NCBI GenBank assembly: GCA_050010435.1
Contig: JBEKKZ010000008.1
Coordinates: 5,511-69,510 of the forward strand
Direction of reading: 5' to 3'
DNA: 64,000 bases
DNA from: Verrucomicrobiota bacterium
GTDB taxonomy: Bacteria; Verrucomicrobiota; Verrucomicrobiia; Limisphaerales; UBA11358
Both the position numbers and the translations under genes were made by a program. The notes below the pieces were generated by a model that ran no database searches, was not told where the DNA came from, and saw only the letters and a program-made list of their open reading frames with translations. Of the stretch, positions 17,968 through 25,817 are shown piece after piece (position 1 is the first letter of the stretch; every line of letters begins with the position of its first letter).

Positions 17968-18040
17968 CCCTCCGCGCCCGGGCGCGAGGCGGAAGAAAAA
18001 GCTCGCCAACGAATTCAGAACGGGCAGAAATTATTGCGAC

Positions 18041-18259
18041 ATGAGTGCAAGCGGTCCAATGGCGAAGAAGAAAATGGATCCGGAAAAGCGCGCGCCCGGC
18101 TGGCAGATTCGTTGCTTGAAGTGCGACTTCACCGAGCCGTGGGGCAAATACGGCATCCGGCTCAAGGCCGTTGGCCGGACATACACCTTCGGCCGCTGTC
18201 CGCAGTGCAAACGCATCCGCATGCACGTCATCGAGAAGGTTCCGCCGGCGGAAGCTTGA
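18041..18259 (+). CDS. Small zinc-ribbon protein (CxxC...CxxC)
   Basis: ORF 17945..18259 trimmed to ATG 18041 (MSASGPMAKKK). Has IRCLKCDF and FGRCPQCKR cysteine pairs; 72 aa. Confidence 0.5.
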   Translation: MSASGPMAKKKMDPEKRAPGWQIRCLKCDFTEPWGKYGIRLKAVGRTYTFGRCPQCKRIRMHVIEKVPPAEA

Positions 18260-18281
18260 AGCCGGGGTGCGGGACTTCCGA

Positions 18282-18318
18282 CGATGTTCACACGCGCACT
18301 GGACTTGAATGCGTTGCT
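18282..18318 (+). pseudogene. C-terminal remnant of a VOC-family gene
   Basis: cgatgttcacacgcgcactggacttgaatgcgttgct matches the 3' end of the intact VOC gene (about 17918-17954) except at 2 positions. It encodes MFTRALDLNALL versus MFTRTLDLNALL. It overlaps, in antisense, the last codons of the NMO gene. Confidence 0.65.
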
Positions 18319-19763
18319 GAAACCCTGGCTCCGTTGGCGGGCAGCGCCTCGTCCAACAAACAGCGTATGACGTCCGCGGCGGTGTAAGTGTCGCAACCCG
18401 GCTTGAGAAACCGCGCGACTTGCGCGACGTCGTCACCGGCGGTCATCAACGCCAATTCCTGTTCCATTTCGGAGCGCACCTGGTTGAGGCCGATGTTGGC
18501 GAGCAGTCCATTGCAAAGGCATTTGCGGCCTTGCGCGTCAGCGACAGTCCCGCCTTTTTTGACATAATCATCCACTGGCTCGGCCGGGCAACGGTAGCCC
18601 AGTGTCCCGTCCGGTTTGCGATAAAGATGCCGGAGATAACCCAGGTCGCAGATGCGCGTCCGGGCCGCATACTGATCGGCTTCTGAAAGCGTGCCGGGCA
18701 TCCGAACAACCTTGAACGGAAAACCGGTGGGCGAGGCAATCGGGTCGGTGAAAATATGCGCGGTGCCGGCGCGGCTCATTTGCAGAGCCTGCTGTTTGAG
18801 TTCGGGGCGCAGGCCGGATTCATTGCAAAACGCAAATGCCGTTCCCACCTGAATGCCGGATGCGCCAAGTCGCAAGGCCTCGGCCAGCCGGCCCGGCCGC
18901 CCATACGACCCGGCCAGCCAGAAGGGCCGGCCCAGCTCGCGGATTTTTTCGAGGTCAACGACATCGCGCGGGCCATATATCGGTTCGCCGATGGCGTTGA
19001 GTTGCAGCGGGCCGCGCGGCGGGGCGTTGTGTCCGCCGGCGGTGTCGCCCTCGACGACGAAGCCGTCCACGTGTCCGCTGGCCTTTTTGGCCAAAGCCAT
19101 GGCGAGGGTTACCGAGGCGACAATGCCGAGGAATTGCGGACGTTTCACCGCCGGGAGCTGGCCTTTGCAGAAGGCGCGCGGGTCAAACGAGGAAAGGAAT
19201 TCCTCGCCGGGCAACGCGCCGATGACGTCAATTTTTATTTGAGCCGGTTCGCCTTCCGCCAGACGGTCCAGCGCGCCGGGAATGGCGCGCGGTATGCCGG
19301 CGCCCATGAGCACGTAATCCACGTTGGCGAGCATCGCGCCATAGAGCGAGGGCAGGGTAGGCAGCTGGATTTTTTCGAGAAAATTAATTCCGACCAATCC
19401 GCCGTGGCCTTCCTTGGCCAGGAACACTTCCACGAAATTGGCCATGACCGTCAATTCGACGAGCGCCGGGCCGGGGCGGAGCGTCGGCATGGGAGCGATT
19501 TTGAATGGCGTGGCCGGAGATTTTCCGCCGGGAACGAAGTTTTGCGCCAGCACGCGCGCGGCGACTCCGGGAATCGGAAACTGTTGCACTGCACGGCGCA
19601 GGTGGCCCTGGGGATCGCCCATCTGAAGGGCGCGCGAGAAAACGATGGCCAGTCCCGTCCCGGAAACGACGCCAAGTTGCCCCAATTTGGAAACGGTGCG
19701 CGCCAAAGTCCAGCCGGACACGGCCACGCCCATCCCGCCCTGAATAATCTTCGGCTGTGACAT
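18288..19763 (-). CDS. Nitronate monooxygenase / 2-nitropropane dioxygenase family flavoprotein (long form)
   Basis: N-terminal IIQGGMGVAVSGWTLARTVSKLGQLGVVSGTG. Later FVVEGDTAGGHN and IQVGTAF. Confidence 0.8.
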   Translation of the reverse strand: MSQPKIIQGGMGVAVSGWTLARTVSKLGQLGVVSGTGLAIVFSRALQMGDPQGHLRRAVQQFPIPGVAARVLAQNFVPGGKSPATPFKIAPMPTLRPGPALVELTVMANFVEVFLAKEGHGGLVGINFLEKIQLPTLPSLYGAMLANVDYVLMGAGIPRAIPGALDRLAEGEPAQIKIDVIGALPGEEFLSSFDPRAFCKGQLPAVKRPQFLGIVASVTLAMALAKKASGHVDGFVVEGDTAGGHNAPPRGPLQLNAIGEPIYGPRDVVDLEKIRELGRPFWLAGSYGRPGRLAEALRLGASGIQVGTAFAFCNESGLRPELKQQALQMSRAGTAHIFTDPIASPTGFPFKVVRMPGTLSEADQYAARTRICDLGYLRHLYRKPDGTLGYRCPAEPVDDYVKKGGTVADAQGRKCLCNGLLANIGLNQVRSEMEQELALMTAGDDVAQVARFLKPGCDTYTAADVIRCLLDEALPANGARVSATHSSPVRV

Positions 19764-20261
19764 AATATAAACCGCACCACCAGCGCTTCACTCCCCAAGG
19801 AGAAAAGCTCACGACAGAAAAGTCAGGAATCACCGGAAAGGTGTTCCTTGAAACACCCTGGCGGGAATCCGTCGGAAACCGACGCTGGAAAAATTTAGGC
19901 TGGTTGCCGGTGGATAGAAAGCATTGTTTTGAAAAATCAGCGCCTTCTTTGAGTGTATGCGCAAGGCGCGCTCATTCCGTTTTTCCTGCTTTTCCTGAGG
20001 GCCGCTGATTTCAAGACGGGAGCTAAATCCATTATCCGGCCTGACAAAACCGGCGGCAAACGAGGTCAAGCATGCGCCAAAATCCGGTGAGACGTTCCTC
20101 ATCCGGCGCAGGATGGGGCTGTGGCTTTTGTCGGCAGGTTTTTTCAGAAAAAATGGAGCTTGCCCCTGCCAATAAAGGAATTAAACTCAAATCACACTAT
20201 GAAAGTGCAACCAATAGCACTTCACTTCTTAGGCTCACTTAACCGTTCGACAATGTAGCGT

Positions 20262-20564
20262 ATGGCTTTCAACCCGAGCGTTAAGGCGAAAATCGTGAAG
20301 GACTCCGCAGGGCAGTACATTCCCTGTGTGATGTGCGGTAGGTCTTTTCCACCACCAGATGCCGCTCATATCGTCGGCGAGGAGGAGTGGGTCCAGAAGA
20401 TTGGAACCGACTCCCAGGTCAACGGCCTGCCTCTTTGCAAGACGTGCCACACCGTGTTTGACGATTATCTCCGCAGCCGGCTGTACGCGGCATTGAAGGA
20501 GTTCGGCACCACGGGATTGCCGAAGTCTTGGGAAGTCAGTCCCAAGAAGCAGTTAAAGGAATGA
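20262..20564 (+). CDS. Small HNH (His-Me finger) nuclease-like protein; putative cassette A
   Basis: CVMCGRS...AAHIVGEEEW...NGLPLCKTCHTVFD gives the CxxC, H, N and CxxCH spacing of an HNH motif. 100 aa, in an AT-richer stretch. Confidence 0.6.
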   Translation: MAFNPSVKAKIVKDSAGQYIPCVMCGRSFPPPDAAHIVGEEEWVQKIGTDSQVNGLPLCKTCHTVFDDYLRSRLYAALKEFGTTGLPKSWEVSPKKQLKE

Positions 20565-20578
20565 GAATGTCGAAATCG

Positions 20579-20672
20579 CTCCAGCCAACCGGCATTGACG
20601 CCGTGAGTTTGTCCGTGAGCCACTCGGCTGTTCCGAGCCTCCGCGGTGCCGGTGGCTGAGTTGACGTTAGGC
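20579..20672 (+). other. attC-like imperfect palindrome 1 (R' = GTTAGGC; R'' degenerate)
   Basis: ctccagccaaccggc (20579-20593) pairs with gccggtggctgag (20648-20660), with extra unpaired bases on the left arm. Ends in GTTAGGC (20666-20672), which fits GTTRRRY. Confidence 0.45.
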
Positions 20673-20693
20673 GGCATCACACACTCACAAAAG

Positions 20694-21092
20694 ATGACCA
20701 CTATGAAAAATACAACGAGCATAATAGCATCAGTCGCCATCCTCTGGATGGTCGCGGTCGCTGGCTGTGCAGGGCCAGAGGGTAGAGTGAAGACGGCACT
20801 TTACGACACAGCACCCCGGTCAGCATCTACGCGACTAGATGTTTTTCAGGTCGGTGAGAAGCCCACGAAAGCCTTCCACGTCATTGCCTTTTTTACTGCG
20901 GAGGGCGCAGCGCACGACGAGGCCGAGTGTGTGCAGGGCATGGTTATTCGCGCCCGCCAAATTGGCGCAGACGGATTGGTGATTCTCGAACCGGAAGCGC
21001 CCAACAAGAGCATAGTTTTCAAGCATGGTCTGATTGGCCCGTCCCCGGACGCCCGCGTCTTTAAGGGCAACGCCATAACTTACGACAAGTGA
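20694..21092 (+). CDS. Small lipoprotein, unknown function; putative cassette B
   Basis: ORF 20646..21092 trimmed to ATG 20694 (MTTMKNTTSIIASVAILWMVAVAGC, which contains a lipobox). Confidence 0.6.
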   Translation: MTTMKNTTSIIASVAILWMVAVAGCAGPEGRVKTALYDTAPRSASTRLDVFQVGEKPTKAFHVIAFFTAEGAAHDEAECVQGMVIRARQIGADGLVILEPEAPNKSIVFKHGLIGPSPDARVFKGNAITYDK

Positions 21093-21108
21093 AGACCACA
21101 ACCCCGCC

Positions 21109-21261
21109 GCCTAACTGCGCTCCAGCGAACCGCCGTTATGCTTCTTCCGCCGTCGCTCAGAAGCTATGGCGGGACAGGCCGCTCGGTGCGGAGCGGCAAA
21201 CGCGCTCCCGCCATTGCGGGACTCAACCCTGCTCGCCAGCGGCGGTCGCTGGTCGTTAGGC
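21109..21261 (+). other. attC-like imperfect palindrome 2 (R'' GCCTAAC ... R' GTTAGGC)
   Basis: GCCTAAC (21109-21115; fits RYYYAAC) and GTTAGGC (21255-21261; fits GTTRRRY) are exact complements. The inner arms ccagcgaaccgccg and cggcggtcgctgg pair with one bulged base. The left spacer is longer than the right. Confidence 0.55.
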
Positions 21262-21268
21262 AAAGATC

Positions 21269-21721
21269 ATGAACCTTCCTCCCTTCGACGATCTGCTTGG
21301 CCGTGCTACCGATTGGGCTGAGCGCGAAAGCGCGCAAATTCTAGCGCGGGGCGCGCCGCTGTCGCCAGCCGGATTAGTACTCGCGCAGAAAGTTGGCGTC
21401 CGATGCCCGGAGAAGATCAGAATCGCGATTGTCCCCGCAGTCCCGTTTCCAGAAGATCCCGTTCTCCGAGCAATCGCGCGCGAGAAGAAGATGATCGCCG
21501 AGGATACCGGCGGAATGACCCTGTTCTACGGAATCTTCATCCGCGACGATCAGAAGCAAAGAAAGGATATTTGGCCGCATGAGTATCGGCACGTTGCTCA
21601 GTATGAGTGCTGCGGCTCGATACGGACCTTTCTCTCCTTCTATTTACGAGAAGTGATTCACTTCGAGTATGGACCTGGTCCATTTGAGGTAGATGCAAGA
21701 AAGGCGGAAGAAAATGCCTAA
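21269..21721 (+). CDS. Small HExxH protein (DUF4157-like putative metallopeptidase fold); putative cassette C
   Basis: GMTLFYGIFIRDDQKQRKDIWPHEYRHVAQYE resembles the DUF4157 pattern (Gly-hydrophobic stretch, then HExxHxxQ). The start is 7 nt after GTTAGGC. Confidence 0.55.
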   Translation: MNLPPFDDLLGRATDWAERESAQILARGAPLSPAGLVLAQKVGVRCPEKIRIAIVPAVPFPEDPVLRAIAREKKMIAEDTGGMTLFYGIFIRDDQKQRKDIWPHEYRHVAQYECCGSIRTFLSFYLREVIHFEYGPGPFEVDARKAEENA

Positions 21722-21737
21722 CCAGTCATCGTTAGGC
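21716..21737 (+). other. Collapsed attC-like mini-palindrome GCCTAAC-N8-GTTAGGC
   Basis: Perfect 7-bp inverted boxes separated by cagtcatc. The GCCTAAC box overlaps the TAA stop of 21269..21721. Confidence 0.45.
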
Positions 21738-21841
21738 TTCCAGAGTCTGCCTGCGCGGAGACGCCAGAGCTACAATGGTTCATTACAAAACAGCCAGATA
21801 CCAAAAACAAAACCTATTATTGGAAATACCGGAGCAAAATC

Positions 21842-22255
21842 ATGTGCTATTTCATGAAGGATGTTGCCGTTCCCATCATTACAACACTGCTCGGCACAGT
21901 CGGTGGATTTGTGTCTGGTGTTCTTCTCGAACGCTGGGCTAGCCGCCGAAGAGTTTGGCATGATTTCGCCATCGAGATTTGGTCTGTCATTCAGGAATTG
22001 AAGGCACGGGGAGAGAATCTGGATGAGGGATTTTTGAAATGGCATGATGATTCCATTCGACGACTTTCCGTCCATGTGGGATATTTTGCCATCAGCGAGC
22101 CCAAGTGGTGGGCAAGCGTTGAGCCCGCATGGAAAGAGTATGAGATGGCCAGCGAGAAAAAGACTCTTGAATCTTTCATGGCACACGACATTACACAGAA
22201 GAAGCTCCTTGCCCGTCTTTATGCGCTGCGAAAATCCATACAGGATGCCTCTTGA
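21842..22255 (+). CDS. Hypothetical protein with an N-terminal TM helix; putative cassette D
   Basis: VAVPIITTLLGTVGGFVSGVLL hydrophobic helix followed by a charged helical region. An antisense ORF (21770..22186) is less protein-like. Confidence 0.45.
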   Translation: MCYFMKDVAVPIITTLLGTVGGFVSGVLLERWASRRRVWHDFAIEIWSVIQELKARGENLDEGFLKWHDDSIRRLSVHVGYFAISEPKWWASVEPAWKEYEMASEKKTLESFMAHDITQKKLLARLYALRKSIQDAS

Positions 22256-22596
22256 GTGCGCAGATATGCAAACCCTTGATTATCAATCAGACCGCCATTT
22301 CTGCGCACTCGCGTCATTGCCCCAGCCAAAGGCTGGTTGGTGTGCTAACAAGGTCGGGAGCCTATGTGAAAACTCCCGGCGGGATTGACGGTTAAAAGCG
22401 GCGGCGAGAAGTGTTTTTTGCGGTTCGAGGTTTTTCCGCCCCGATGAAAAGTTCCGGTCGGGCCGTGGTGGGAGCGTTCACCGGAGTGGTGGGAACCAAG
22501 GACTGAGGTTTTTCCAGCCCGTGACGGTGCACTGGGCCTTGGCAAATCTTTGAACCGGGAAATCCCGCCGGTGTGGCTTGCGGAGTGCCAGCCGTA

Positions 22597-23127
22597 TCAC
22601 GCCTTGCGGTCGAAGAATGGATTTTTGCCGGTCACGCTCAATGGAATGCCGAGCGCCTGTTTGACCTTTGGCCCGAACATTCCCAAATCCATGCACGCCC
22701 GGCCGATGGAATACATGATGCGGTTGTCAATGTGGAACCGGCCGGCCACTTCCGCCGCCGACATGGTGGCGATGCCGAGGTCAATCGAGTTGAATGTGCA
22801 TGTCCCGCCGGCCATCTCCAGCGCTTCACAGGTCGGCTTGCCGCAGAACCCGCAGTTCAAGCCCGCGGGGTTGGGTTCCACGCCGATGATCACCAGCGCG
22901 GGCGAGTTCTCGATGTTGCCGGCGTCGCGCGCGAGGCCGGGCCGGCTTTCCTTTGTGGCAATCTCGCGCATCCTGGAGATGACCTTTTGCTTCGTCGGTT
23001 CGTCGTCAATCGCGGCGGTCTTGATGTTGTCAATGCCGCACGTCTTGGGCGCCGTCCGCGCCGCCGCGGCCATCAGCGCGGCGACCTGCAGTGCCGCCGA
23101 TTTTTCCAGTTCAGCCGGGGTTTTCAT
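22597..23127 (-). CDS. DUF2148-like ferredoxin-domain protein
   Basis: ORF trimmed to ATG 23127 (MKTPAELEKSA). Has the GLNCGFCGKPTCEAL cysteine cluster and the LSVTGKNPFFDRK tail typical of that family (recalled, not searched). Confidence 0.6.
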   Translation of the reverse strand: MKTPAELEKSAALQVAALMAAAARTAPKTCGIDNIKTAAIDDEPTKQKVISRMREIATKESRPGLARDAGNIENSPALVIIGVEPNPAGLNCGFCGKPTCEALEMAGGTCTFNSIDLGIATMSAAEVAGRFHIDNRIMYSIGRACMDLGMFGPKVKQALGIPLSVTGKNPFFDRKA

Positions 23128-23296
23128 GGCGGAAAAATACGAACCGTGTCGGGGGGAAACAAATGAAAAACGCAGGGGGAACATCGAATAATTTATAGCC
23201 GGTCAGAGACCGGCAAAGTGTGGGGCTTGTGTAACTCGCCCCTCCGATAAAACAATCGCCGCTTGCGACGGCGGGGGGAATGCCTAAATTAACCGT

Positions 23297-25069
23297 ATGG
23301 CTGCCGATGCCAAACTTTTGACGTTCAACCCGGCGCGCGAGATTTCCACCTCGCCGGCCCCCGGCCCCGCCGCAAATCCGCTGACGCCGGTTTTGCCGGC
23401 GGATTTGCCGGCGTCGCGCAGTGCCATCTCGCTGCTGGGCGTGGATTACATAAACGTGAAGACGGCGGACGGCGGCGACCTGTATCTCACGCGTTTCGGG
23501 CTGCCGTTCTGGAAAAACCTGCTGCCGGAGAACTGGTATGCGCGCGAGTGGTTTGAGGCCAAGCGCGAGCGGCTGGAGGGCACGAGCACGGTCTATAAAG
23601 TGCCGACGCGCCCGGTGAACGGCAAGGTGTTGAATCTGGTCGTCAAATGGTCGCGCGTGGGCGAAATGGTCCCGTTCGACACCCTCACGGTCAACAAGTT
23701 CATTCAGGCGGAATTCAACAGTCCGTTCGAGGAATTTTCGCTGCTCATGGAGTTGCGCCGGGGCGAGGCCGGGCCGGCGGCCATCCGCATCCGCACGCAA
23801 CGCCCGCTGGCGATCTATGTGCCGAGCGAGCGATTGCAGCTCTGGCAGACGGGCCGTTCCGAGGACAAAATCCGTGCGAAGGTGACGCGTCATCCCGGTG
23901 TGGAGATTGATATCCTGCGGCAATACGTTGTGCTGTTCGGCTGGATCAAGGGCCTGGACGCGGTGGAGACGGCGGAAAAATTCGGGCTGGAAGGCCGGGC
24001 ACAGGCGGAATTTCTCGCCCGCGTCACCAGCCTGGTTACGCATGAGTTGTGGCAGAAAGGCTGCCGGGTGGTTGATATGAAACCGGCGCACATCATTCTA
24101 CGCCCGCAGCCGGACAAGTCGTTGTTGCGCGACCACAACGATCAATTTGCCTACGCGCTGGTGGACTACGAATTGCTCGAACGGACCCCCGAACACGAAC
24201 AGGCCGTGCGAAGCGTCAACCGGCAACTTTACCTCAAACACATGGCCCGCCGGTTCGACACGGACGCCGCCAATCCGCTGCCGGCGCATCTCCGCGCCAC
24301 GAATGTCCTGGGTGTGGATTACATTTTTGGCCGCGCCGAAAGCACGGGGGGATTGCTCTGGGTTGTGGGCAAGGACCCGGACCTGTTTAATTATTTTCTG
24401 CCGGAACGCTGGCGCCGCACGCCGAAGAAAAAATTGTCCTCCCGCAACCAGATTTTCCACACCCGCACCAAGGACAACATCAACCTGGTGTGGAAGGTCT
24501 CGCGCATGGGCGACTCGCCGTGGTTGAAGAATCCCGATGCCCACAAGGAGACAGCGCAGGCCTACGGCTTCAACAGTCCTTTCGAGGAATTTGCCTTTGC
24601 GTTTGAAATGAGCCGTCACGGCGTAAGGACGGTCTATCCGCGCGCCATTTACATGACCGGCCGCCAGCGCGGCCCCGCCCGCCAGGTGTCCGACGAACGG
24701 CGTTACGCCGCGCTGGCTGATTTCCTCACGCCCGACGGCGCCCCGGTCGTTCGCAAGGAATACGACTACATCACCATCTGGGGTTTTTGGAACGGCCCGG
24801 ACGAACTGCTCGCGGCGCAGGATGGAAAATACTACCAGGCCGTCAACGTCAAACGCGCCTTTACCAACAAACTGATTTCCGAACAAACGTCAACGGAGCT
24901 GACGCAGATGGTGGCGCGCAGACAGGCTCATTGCGGTTTTGAGGACCTCAATCTCAAACCCGATCACCTGCTGATTTCCTTCGATTCGGAGCAACAACTG
25001 GTGCTCGACACCACGGGCAAACCCGAAGTGCGGCTTTGCAATTTCGAACTTATCCGCCGCAGACCATGA
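23297..25069 (+). CDS. Tandem atypical protein-kinase-like (Kdo/WaaP/RIO-like fold) protein
   Basis: Two collinear ~290-aa halves. Half 1: LNLVVKWSRVGE, FNSPFEEFSLLMEL, VVDMKPAHIIL, LVDYELLE. Half 2: INLVWKVSRMGD, FNSPFEEFAFAFEM, DLNLKPDHLLI, LCNFELIR. Confidence 0.55.
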   Translation: MAADAKLLTFNPAREISTSPAPGPAANPLTPVLPADLPASRSAISLLGVDYINVKTADGGDLYLTRFGLPFWKNLLPENWYAREWFEAKRERLEGTSTVYKVPTRPVNGKVLNLVVKWSRVGEMVPFDTLTVNKFIQAEFNSPFEEFSLLMELRRGEAGPAAIRIRTQRPLAIYVPSERLQLWQTGRSEDKIRAKVTRHPGVEIDILRQYVVLFGWIKGLDAVETAEKFGLEGRAQAEFLARVTSLVTHELWQKGCRVVDMKPAHIILRPQPDKSLLRDHNDQFAYALVDYELLERTPEHEQAVRSVNRQLYLKHMARRFDTDAANPLPAHLRATNVLGVDYIFGRAESTGGLLWVVGKDPDLFNYFLPERWRRTPKKKLSSRNQIFHTRTKDNINLVWKVSRMGDSPWLKNPDAHKETAQAYGFNSPFEEFAFAFEMSRHGVRTVYPRAIYMTGRQRGPARQVSDERRYAALADFLTPDGAPVVRKEYDYITIWGFWNGPDELLAAQDGKYYQAVNVKRAFTNKLISEQTSTELTQMVARRQAHCGFEDLNLKPDHLLISFDSEQQLVLDTTGKPEVRLCNFELIRRRP

Positions 25070-25217
25070 TCTTCGGTGAAGCTGTTGGTAAGAAACTTTG
25101 GCGCGACCCCCCGCCGCTTTCGCGCGAATGAATTCGCGACGGAACTTCATTTGTTTCACGGGTCGTGAACCGATTAATTGAGCCGGGTTGACGGGGTATT
25201 TACAAACCGGAACCGGT

Positions 25218-25601
25218 TTACTTTGTTCGACCGCACCAGGTGCAGGTATAGAGTCCCCGCGAATCGAGAACGAAGGTGGATTTGACCGAGAAGGAGTTAC
25301 AGCAACTACAGGTGGCCTTGTAAACCCCAAGTATGGGAGGCAGGCACAAAATCTCCCGGTCGCAAAAGGCGCAAACAATCCGATCCTTCTTGATTAAGAA
25401 ATCCGCGGTATCCTTTATCGAGCACTTGCAGGCCAAATGTGTCAGGCTTCCATGTAACAAATTGGCCAAGCCACTGTTTGCATTTTCCCGAGGCAACGGA
25501 TTTGCCTGTTGGATGGCGGTATTGTCTACCATAAACTTCATGGAAGCTGCGACTTTACTCTCCACCGCTCTACAGTAATCACTGCCCTCAATCTGAAACA
25601 A
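25218..25601 (-). CDS. Hypothetical Cys-rich (zinc-ribbon-like) protein; start uncertain
   Basis: Cysteine pairs CKC, CAFC, CSCC and CTWC. The stop is followed directly by the palindrome aaaccggttccggttt (sense strand). Lies in an AT-rich region. Alternative start at ATG 25541. Confidence 0.35.
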   Translation of the reverse strand: MFQIEGSDYCRAVESKVAASMKFMVDNTAIQQANPLPRENANSGLANLLHGSLTHLACKCSIKDTADFLIKKDRIVCAFCDREILCLPPILGVYKATCSCCNSFSVKSTFVLDSRGLYTCTWCGRTK

Positions 25602-25780
25602 CTTCCAAACTGATCGTGTTACAATAGTGCTGCCAATGTTTCATTTCTCAGCGACCAGATTTTCTGGAAGCATGACATTCCGAATTTTTTCCAGGAGCAA
25701 AACCTTCTCCAAATCTTTTGCCCGTGGCGGATACGAGCAGTGTAGATTTTTATGACATTTTTGTCAACAAATCATTACAT

Positions 25781-25817
25781 ATTGTGAATAACTTTCCTAA
25801 ATTGTGAATAACTTTTC
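25781..25817 (+). promoter_or_regulatory. Two phased direct repeats ATTGTGAATAACTTTYC (20-bp period) in an AT-rich intergenic region
   Basis: attgtgaataactttcc at 25781-25797 and attgtgaataacttttc at 25801-25817. Related half-sites ttgtgagcattta (~25892) and attgtgaacatgaaatc (25912-25928). Confidence 0.4.

Noticed and set aside
19830-20102. 90-aa minus-strand ORF in the gap between the NMO gene and the cassette array, considered as a possible integrase remnant.
   Set aside because: It has no tyrosine-recombinase motifs (no R..HxxR..Y pattern), a low-complexity composition, and no start context. It is treated as non-coding.
22254-22308. Perfect 10-bp inverted repeat (agtgcgcaga...tctgcgcact) right after cassette D, considered as an attC.
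   Set aside because: It lacks RYYYAAC/GTTRRRY boxes and has a 35-nt loop. A simple hairpin or terminator is more likely, so it was not called as a recombination site.
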